From: an uncultured candidatus Brocadiaceae bacterium
GTDB taxonomy: Bacteria; Planctomycetota; Brocadiia; SM23-32
Direction of reading: 5' to 3'
Assembly: GCA_964346565.1 (NCBI GenBank)
Contig: CAYFVS010000008.1
Coordinates: forward strand, 1 to 36,689
DNA: 36,689 nucleotides
A program made the position numbers and the translations under genes. Below are positions 15,828 through 22,228 of this stretch, in pieces (position 1 is the stretch's first letter; the number at the start of each line of letters is the position of its first letter). Under the pieces are notes generated by a model. It worked only from the letters and a program-made list of their open reading frames with translations, did not search any database and had not been told where the DNA came from.

Positions 15828-17831
15828 TCACAGAGCTTCGGCGTGCTGAATGAGGTAGACGCGGAACGGCTCGGGGGAGAAGACGGGCTCGTCCTCGTCC
15901 AGCTCCACGCCCTGGCTGTCCATCACGTCGAAGACCTCGGCACGAGGCCCGACCGCCCACTCGAACCCATCATAGGCCCACAGCACGCGCGTCTCGGGCT
16001 CGGCGCCATCCCACAGCACGCCGCGCCCCTCCGCCAGCACGCGAGAATGCTCCATGTACTCGCGCACGGCCTGGTAGGCGCGGTTCAGAGCTGCGAAGTC
16101 CTCCTCCCCCCACCAATCCTCCAGGCGGCCGCGCACCTTGCGGGTCACGTCGTAAGTGGGCATGAAGCACAACCGGTTGGCGCAGCCGCGGAAGTACGCC
16201 TCCAGCGGGTCGTCGCCCGCCTCGGTGACCTCCTCGAACGGGAACGACAAGACCACGTCGCGATACATGTGCTCCTTCTCGGCCAGGTCCGCATATGCCA
16301 CCCGCCTGCCGGGCGTGTCGAGCGCTCCTGCGCCGGCCAGCAGGCACTGATACCCCATGTCCTGGAGCGCGGAGATAAGCTCGGCCCACTCGGCGGCCAG
16401 GCTGTGCACCTCGCCGGAGCTGCGGGCTATGCGGTCCCGTCCGGGCTGACCCGCCCACTCGAACTGGTCACTCAGGCTCTCGAGGATGGCCTCGGCATAG
16501 AGGGCATCTATCTTGAACTCCCTCTTCAGCCCGCGCAGGTGCTCCAACAGCGCCTTGCGCACCGACTCGTCGCGCGCGGCGGCGGCGACCAAGGCGTGTC
16601 CCGCAGGCAGAGGCTGGGGCTCTTGCTCGCCTTCGGCCGACTCAGCCTCGAGCAAGAGCCAGCCCGCACAGCAATCTGACAGCGACAGGGCCACCTCCAT
16701 TGCCCGCGCGTGCGCGTGCTCGGTCACCTCCTGCACCTGCTTGGCGGCCTCGCGGCGGGCGCTGACCGTGTCCGACTCGGGCGCGTGGGCCGTCAACATG
16801 CCGGGCATGTAAACGCGGGTGCAGGCGGCGCGAGCCAGCTCGTCCAGGCCGTGCTGCACGCCCCTGGCGTCCGGCCCCGCCCCGGTCAGCCGCCCGCTGG
16901 CGGCGGCCCAGGAGTGCGACAGGCCCCACTGCTCGCGGTACTGCCGCTGGAGCTCCTCGCGGACGTCGCAGTAGCAGTTGACCATGGCGGCCTCGTCGGC
17001 GGGGGCGTCCGCCACGAGCACCTGGAGCGCAGGGAACTCGACGCAGCTCTGCAGGTCATCGCAGAGCTGATGCCAGTGCACCAGGTAGTTGCGACCTTCT
17101 TCCTTCTGGAACAACGAGCGGCAGTGGAATGCCTCCTCGAACGCCGTGAGCAGAAGGCTGCTGCTGTCGAACTGGAACGTGAATCCCTGAAGCGCCGTGA
17201 ACAGGGGCAGAAACTGCTGGAGCTGGGTGGGTGCCTCGCCGTTGGCGCACCAGGCTGTGGTGAAGGAGTCCTCCTTATTCTGGAACGTCTTGGTCGGGTT
17301 GCTGAACGGACCGGCCATCCAGAACGTGTTGCCCGTGGCCCACCCGCCCAGTTCCCACGTGGCGCGGTCGTGGATGCGGTAAACGTAGTAGCGGCGCGAG
17401 TGGAACCGGTAGGCATAGGAGAACCCGACGAAGTCCACGCCGCCGAGCGTCCGGTTGACCGCCGAAAGCGTCACCTGGAACATGCCTCCCCGGTCGCGCT
17501 CGGGCTCCTGGGCCCATGCGCCCACGTTCCAGCGGTCCTCTCCGTCGCAGCACAGCCACTCCATCCGGCCCTGCGGCACGGCGAACGGGCGCAGGTGCAG
17601 GGTCACCGACTCCTCCCCCTTGCCCACCTCCTCTACCTCCAGCCGGCTGACCTCGTAGCCGTTGGGCGTGGTGATCAGGGGCAGCACGGGCATCTCGGTG
17701 CAGCGCAGCTTCCGCCGGCCCCACTTCACCTGCCCCAGCCCTCCGTAGACGGGGCCATCACGGAGGACTTCAATGGATATCCCGTTGTCGAACCGCAGGC
17801 GGTAGTTCTTCTCGTGCTCTTTCAGGCGCAT
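15828..17831 (-). CDS. hypothetical cytoplasmic protein, 667 aa, no recognisable domain
   Basis: Single uninterrupted ORF. ATG 17831 follows GAGG with a 6-nt spacer, and the gene has its own promoter. No TM or signal peptide. I cannot place it in a family; the C-terminal part looks like a barrel plus beta-sandwich, as in glycosidases, but that is only an impression. Confidence 0.7.
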   Translation of the reverse strand: MRLKEHEKNYRLRFDNGISIEVLRDGPVYGGLGQVKWGRRKLRCTEMPVLPLITTPNGYEVSRLEVEEVGKGEESVTLHLRPFAVPQGRMEWLCCDGEDRWNVGAWAQEPERDRGGMFQVTLSAVNRTLGGVDFVGFSYAYRFHSRRYYVYRIHDRATWELGGWATGNTFWMAGPFSNPTKTFQNKEDSFTTAWCANGEAPTQLQQFLPLFTALQGFTFQFDSSSLLLTAFEEAFHCRSLFQKEEGRNYLVHWHQLCDDLQSCVEFPALQVLVADAPADEAAMVNCYCDVREELQRQYREQWGLSHSWAAASGRLTGAGPDARGVQHGLDELARAACTRVYMPGMLTAHAPESDTVSARREAAKQVQEVTEHAHARAMEVALSLSDCCAGWLLLEAESAEGEQEPQPLPAGHALVAAAARDESVRKALLEHLRGLKREFKIDALYAEAILESLSDQFEWAGQPGRDRIARSSGEVHSLAAEWAELISALQDMGYQCLLAGAGALDTPGRRVAYADLAEKEHMYRDVVLSFPFEEVTEAGDDPLEAYFRGCANRLCFMPTYDVTRKVRGRLEDWWGEEDFAALNRAYQAVREYMEHSRVLAEGRGVLWDGAEPETRVLWAYDGFEWAVGPRAEVFDVMDSQGVELDEDEPVFSPEPFRVYLIQHAEAL

Positions 17832-17878
17832 GCTCTGCCTCGGTGTCCGTCAAACGCGCGCTGCCACGGAGGGAATGC

Positions 17879-17907
17879 TTTATACGGCCCCCGGCCCGGC
17901 TTTGCAA
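17879..17907 (-). promoter_or_regulatory. candidate promoter of the 667-aa gene
   Basis: Reverse strand: TTGCAA (17907-17902), 17 nt, TATAAA (17884-17879). Confidence 0.4.
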
Positions 17908-17935
17908 GCCCGCAGGCATCCGCAGGTCGGCAGCG

Positions 17936-18238
17936 ATGGTCTGCGCCGAGCCTGCGCCATGCGCAGCCGGGGAGGCGCGCGTCCAACACAACGGCGGCTC
18001 GGTTGCCGTGCACTTCACCAGCCCGGCGGCCACGGTGAGCATGAGCAATCCGACGAACACCACGGATTACGGGTGGCAGAGCGAGGCGCTCACCGACGAG
18101 GCCGCCTATCGCTTCGCAGTGCACGTTGTCACGGCGGCGCATCCGGGCGGAATCGAGACGAGCAACACCGACTACGTGAAGGCCGTGCCCAACAGCGACG
18201 TGCCCGACAGGCCAGAGATCACTGTCACGCTCGTATAA
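17936..18238 (+). CDS. small hypothetical protein with two internal repeats
   Basis: Third-position GC of this frame is about 83-86 percent by my count, against about 55 percent in a shifted frame. Internal repeat: AVHFTSPAATVSMSNPTNTTDY versus AVHVVTAAHPGGIETSNTDY. Start uncertain (ATG 17936 or ATG 18041); the SD is poor. Confidence 0.4.
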   Translation: MVCAEPAPCAAGEARVQHNGGSVAVHFTSPAATVSMSNPTNTTDYGWQSEALTDEAAYRFAVHVVTAAHPGGIETSNTDYVKAVPNSDVPDRPEITVTLV

Positions 18239-18244
18239 GGTGCA

Positions 18245-18433
18245 TCAGTCGACATCTACCCGCCGGATGACGCCAACTCGCAGCTCGGTATCATAGTCGG
18301 TCATTTCCACATGATACCACCACAGGATCTCCCCCGTGTCCCGATGAACTACCGCATACCGGGATGTCCAATCGCCTGTCTCGGTCTTCACCGTATTAGC
18401 GGCAAACGGCTGGCCGGCAGCGATCTTCCACAT
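18245..18433 (-). CDS. small hypothetical protein (62 aa) in a lower-GC patch
   Basis: ATG 18433 opens MWKIAAGQPFAANTVKTETGDWTSRYAVVHRDTGEILWWYHVEMTDYDTELRVGVIRRVDVD. GC3 is about 68 percent, below that of the other two ORFs I counted. It converges on the previous ORF with a 6-nt gap. Confidence 0.3.
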   Translation of the reverse strand: MWKIAAGQPFAANTVKTETGDWTSRYAVVHRDTGEILWWYHVEMTDYDTELRVGVIRRVDVD

Positions 18434-18789
18434 CGCCGCCCTGGAGCCATGCTGATTGGGGACGGCGCGCCTGCAGTCCGGTGCTGAGCCGTGCAACGCT
18501 GGTCCCGCAGGAACGGGCGCGTTCGAGATGCGCGATTCCGCCTGTCGCAGTTCATGCTCGGCCGGCTATCGGCCGAGCTTCCAGGCATTGAAGTCGCGGC
18601 CCGTTAGCTGATCTTCCGGGGCCCGTTGGGCAGTTGCCGCGTCTACTTCGAGACCAGTCACACGGGCTTCCAGCTTGCCGAGGCGCCGTCGGAGCGCGCT
18701 CGGCCCCGGCCGCCGTAGCCCCGGCGAAGGATGCTGCCCTCGGGCGCGCGTGCGCGCCTTCACTGTTCGCCGCTGCCCCCTGCGGCCTA

Positions 18790-20040
18790 TCACAGGTATC
18801 CCAGGTCGCGCAGGTCGGCCAACACGGTGGGGTCGCCGGCTTGCGGAGTCACTTCGTCCGGCGCCAACGGCAGTTCCTCGACCGTATGAGAGTGCCCGCA
18901 GACGACGCCTTCAAAGCGGGCAGTCAGGACATAAGTCGTGTGCTCCTCGTCCTGCCAGTCAAGGGGGATATGATGCTGGCGGAGCGTCCGGCTAGGCCGC
19001 GGGTCCTTCAACAAGGATACCGCGTCCACGCCGGGCAGATCCCTCGGCATTCGCACTCCCGCTTGGGCGAGCAGCGTGGGCAGCACATCAATGCCTCCGA
19101 CCAAGGCGTCGGTACGCGTCCCGCCATACTTCCCGCCCGGCAGGCGCACCAGAAACGGGACAGCGGTTTGGTCGTCGTAGGGCGGGTAACCATGGCCCCA
19201 GTGGCCGCGTTCGCCAAACGCCTCCCCGTGATCGGCCGTCAGGATAAGGCAGGTATTCTCCCACTGCCCCTTGCCGCGTAGGTCGGCCACCAACGCCGCC
19301 AGCGTCCGATCCACGTAGTGAATTTCTTCGTCGTACCGTCCGTGCGCATATGCCAAGTCCGCTTTCGTCAACTGCGCTGCTTGGCGAGCCAGCGTTTCGT
19401 GCTTCAAAGGCGCGGCGTCGCGCAACGGCCCCAGGTACCCGCCGCTATACAACCCGCGGCAGACCTTCGGCGCGTCGTACGGGTCGTGAGGATCGAGCCA
19501 GTGCGACACGACGCACCATGGCCGCCGGTCCTCCTGCGTTACCCACCCTACCCACCGCGCGATGAGTCGGCGCATTCGTAGCGCGTTCGCCATGCTGTAA
19601 TGCGCCACATGCTCATACCGCGCCCAGCCAGCAGCCGGGACCATGAGACGGTCCACGAATCGGTTGGTGGTGAACGCTGCTGGATTATACCCAGCCTTCT
19701 CCAGTCGGGGAAGCCACCAGAGGATGGGGGCCTGCGGTTCGGAGGCGGCGTGCCAGACGCCCGTCTCCTCTGGCCCTCGACCACTCAGGACGCAGGCCAT
19801 GCTGGGGTAGGTCCACGACGACATGGACCAGGCGTTGTCGAAGACGATGGACTCCTTCGCCAGCTTGCGGAGGAAGGGGGTGGTGTCGCGCTCGTAGCCG
19901 AAGAGTGAGCAGTGGTCGCGGCGCAGGGTCTCGACGGTGATGAGCAGGATGTTGGGCCGTCGTCGCCAAGGCTTCGGCGCCCAGAAGCCGGCGGCCAGGA
20001 TGGTCACCAGAAGGCCGACGACTGCCATTCGGCGTTTCAT
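18790..20040 (-). CDS. sulfatase-fold (alkaline-phosphatase superfamily) protein lacking the formylglycine motif; paralogue 1
   Basis: PNILLITVETLRRDH...NAWSMSSWTYPSMACVLSGR...TADHGE aligns to the sulfatase core, with Thr at the Cys/Ser position. N-terminal anchor MKRRMAVVGLLVTILAAGFW. GGAGAA lies 6 nt before the ATG. Ends in LRDLGYL. Confidence 0.85.
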   Translation of the reverse strand: MKRRMAVVGLLVTILAAGFWAPKPWRRRPNILLITVETLRRDHCSLFGYERDTTPFLRKLAKESIVFDNAWSMSSWTYPSMACVLSGRGPEETGVWHAASEPQAPILWWLPRLEKAGYNPAAFTTNRFVDRLMVPAAGWARYEHVAHYSMANALRMRRLIARWVGWVTQEDRRPWCVVSHWLDPHDPYDAPKVCRGLYSGGYLGPLRDAAPLKHETLARQAAQLTKADLAYAHGRYDEEIHYVDRTLAALVADLRGKGQWENTCLILTADHGEAFGERGHWGHGYPPYDDQTAVPFLVRLPGGKYGGTRTDALVGGIDVLPTLLAQAGVRMPRDLPGVDAVSLLKDPRPSRTLRQHHIPLDWQDEEHTTYVLTARFEGVVCGHSHTVEELPLAPDEVTPQAGDPTVLADLRDLGYL

Positions 20041-20137
20041 GGTCAGTTCTCCATTTCGGCGATTGGGCAGGTGCGGGCGAAAAGCGCCGAAACCGGGCAG
20101 ATATGGGCCGAGGCTGGTGACATTCTGGTGGCAGGGC

Positions 20138-21370
20138 TCACAGGTAGCCGAGGTCGCGCAGGCCGGCCAGAGCCCGGGCCTCTCCGGTCTGCGGGGCAGC
20201 CTCGTCCGGACTCACTGGAAGCTCCTCCACCGTCAGACGACGACCACAGAGCAGACCCCGCGTGTGGCCGACGATCCGGTACTTCACATCGCCCTCGTCC
20301 TGCCACTCGACGATCAGATGATGCTGAACCAGCGTGCGCTCAGGACGCGGATTCTCCAGCAGCGTCACTGTGTTCACACCCGGAAGGTCGTCTGGGACCG
20401 GCAGGCCCGCCTGGGCCAGCAGCGTCGGCAGCACGTCTATCCCGCCGACCAGCGCGTCGCTGCGGGTGCCGCCGCGTTTGCCGCCTGGCAGGCGAACGAG
20501 AAATGGGACTTGGGTTTGCTCACACGGCAGAGGGCCGCGGTGACCCCATCGCCCGTTCTCTCCGAAGGATTCGCCGTGGTCGGCGGTCAGAATCAGACAT
20601 GTGTTCTGCCACTGGCCAGCCTCCCGCAGGTCTTGAACCAGCTGGCCCAATATGTGGTCCACATAGCGGATCTCGCCATCGTACCGGCCAGTGATATAGG
20701 ACATCTCTCCGCTGGTGTAGCTTGAGCGTTCACTGAGGCTGTGCGGACCCAATGGGCGCTTGCGCAGCGGCCCTGAATAACCTTCTCCAAACATGTCGCG
20801 GAATGTGCTGGGCGCCTCATAAACCGAGTGCGGGTCGTAGATATGCCAGTACAGAAACCAGGGCTCCTCGACGCCGTCGGTGAGCCATTTCCGCGTCCAG
20901 TGCAGCAAACTCTCTGCTCGGCATAGCCGCCATGACTTTGCCCATGCCGGCTCGACACCGCTGTCGAACAACTGCTTCACCCAGTAGTTTGTCATAAGGG
21001 TCCCCGTGCTATACCCTTCCTGGCATAACTGGGACAGCCACGGTATCAAGTTGCCCTGGATCGTATTGTGGGCATCCCAGATGCCGGTTTCCTCCGGCCC
21101 TCGGCCACTCAGCACACAGGCCATGCTCGGGTACGTCCAGGATGACATGCTCCATGCGTTGTCGAACACGATGCTTTCGTCAGCCAGCTTACGCAGAAAG
21201 GGTGTCGTGTCCCGCTCGTGGCCGTAGAGGGAGCAGTGGTCGCGCCGCAGCGTCTCCACCGTGATGAGCAGGATGTTCGGCCTGCCTCTCGCACGTTCGG
21301 GCAGCTCCCCAGCGACAACGCCCAGCAGCAGCACGCCAAGGATGACCGCTATGATCAGTGTGCGTTTCAT
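20138..21370 (-). CDS. sulfatase-fold protein lacking the formylglycine motif; paralogue 2
   Basis: Same motifs as paralogue 1. ATG 21370 follows GGAGGAGAAG and gives the anchor MKRTLIIAVILGVLLLGVVAG. The track's 71-aa upstream extension is unsupported. Ends in LRDLGYL. Confidence 0.85.
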   Translation of the reverse strand: MKRTLIIAVILGVLLLGVVAGELPERARGRPNILLITVETLRRDHCSLYGHERDTTPFLRKLADESIVFDNAWSMSSWTYPSMACVLSGRGPEETGIWDAHNTIQGNLIPWLSQLCQEGYSTGTLMTNYWVKQLFDSGVEPAWAKSWRLCRAESLLHWTRKWLTDGVEEPWFLYWHIYDPHSVYEAPSTFRDMFGEGYSGPLRKRPLGPHSLSERSSYTSGEMSYITGRYDGEIRYVDHILGQLVQDLREAGQWQNTCLILTADHGESFGENGRWGHRGPLPCEQTQVPFLVRLPGGKRGGTRSDALVGGIDVLPTLLAQAGLPVPDDLPGVNTVTLLENPRPERTLVQHHLIVEWQDEGDVKYRIVGHTRGLLCGRRLTVEELPVSPDEAAPQTGEARALAGLRDLGYL

Positions 21371-21389
21371 CTTCTCCTCCTGCCTCGTG

Positions 21390-21418
21390 CGTATAGCATC
21401 AATGGGGCGCGATGTCAA
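21390..21418 (-). promoter_or_regulatory. candidate promoter of the tandem sulfatase-fold genes
   Basis: Reverse strand: TTGACA (21418-21413), 17 nt, TATACG (21395-21390). Confidence 0.4.
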
Positions 21419-21751
21419 TCCCTTATCCGCGCTCGCGCTCCCTCGCGCGGGCGCGCCCCAGAAGCCACTCAGGATGACGCTCACCACGGCAGGGAAGACG
21501 GGCCTTGTTCCACTGCGGTCATCTCTCTGCCGCAACCGGCGCGTATCTGCGCCCATCTGCGGTTCATCTCTGCCGTTGGCCACACATCAGCAGAGGTCGG
21601 GACCGATCATAGACGGGACGAAGAAGGCCGCCCTTCTGCGCAGACCATGTGCCGCGACCCCTGTGCTCCCGCGCTGCTCCGTCCCAACGCCCATGCGGCT
21701 CCTGGGGGGTAACGTCGCGCAGACCGATCGACCGGGTACACTGCGAGACCT

Positions 21752-21780
21752 TTGACAGTGGTCAGCTATACGCCTATACT
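21752..21780 (+). promoter_or_regulatory. near-consensus orphan promoter with no gene for about 450 nt
   Basis: TTGACA (21752-21757), 17 nt, TATACT (21775-21780). Confidence 0.45.
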
Positions 21781-22074
21781 GTCTCCTGTGCTGGCTGGCC
21801 TACAGACTGACAAGCGGCTGGGAACGCCCCCCGCGCGCGGTCATCTGACTGTACGGACAGGTCGGTCCCTCAAGGCTTCTGACGAAACAAAACCTTCTGG
21901 AGGCGATACATGGACACGCCAGCGCGTGCATTCGGCTCCCAGCGCATCGCCGGAGCAGGGACAGGGCCGGGCGGTGCGGCCACGGGCGGTGAGCTGTCGC
22001 CTCCCGCACGGCGTCCTCCAGTCGCAGCGTTCCCAACGGTCTCTGCGCGGCAGATGGCCTTGTCCCTGGCGCGC

Positions 22075-22102
22075 TTGACAGCGCCGGATGGGATGATAGA
22101 AT
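22075..22102 (+). promoter_or_regulatory. candidate pckG promoter
   Basis: TTGACA (22075-22080), 16 nt, TAGAAT (22097-22102) with TGa extended -10. It lies 127 nt before the pckG ATG. Confidence 0.45.
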
Positions 22103-22228
22103 GCCTGCCGGAGTCGAGAGTGCTCGACGTCCCCGCACGAGCCAGACTCGCCCGCGCAGTGGCGAGCCTGGCCGTTTTGCAATCGGCGTCGGCGCTGGCT
22201 GCACCCGCCCTCGAGACACGTTGGACCC

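Noticed and set aside
8979-18038. Many long alternative-frame or antisense ORFs (for example 8979-10208, 10021-11328, 12549-13661, 14092-15231, 15711-16679, 16710-18038)
   Set aside because: Each overlaps a gene with clear family motifs or a better start context. Their translations are dominated by Arg, Ala, Gly and Pro with no recognisable domains.
18566-18793. 75-aa ORF whose GTG overlaps the stop of sulfatase-fold paralogue 1 (GTGA)
   Set aside because: The N-terminal half is Arg-rich and low-complexity. The codon-position signal is mixed (about 60 percent GC3 in the C-terminal half). It has no SD and no motif. I cannot support it as a gene.
18790-21370. Annotating the three paralogues as arylsulfatases
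   Set aside because: The C/S-x-P-x-R formylglycine motif is replaced by T-Y-P-S-M/I, and the DD metal pair by E-T or E-A. The fold assignment is kept, but sulfatase chemistry is not supported.
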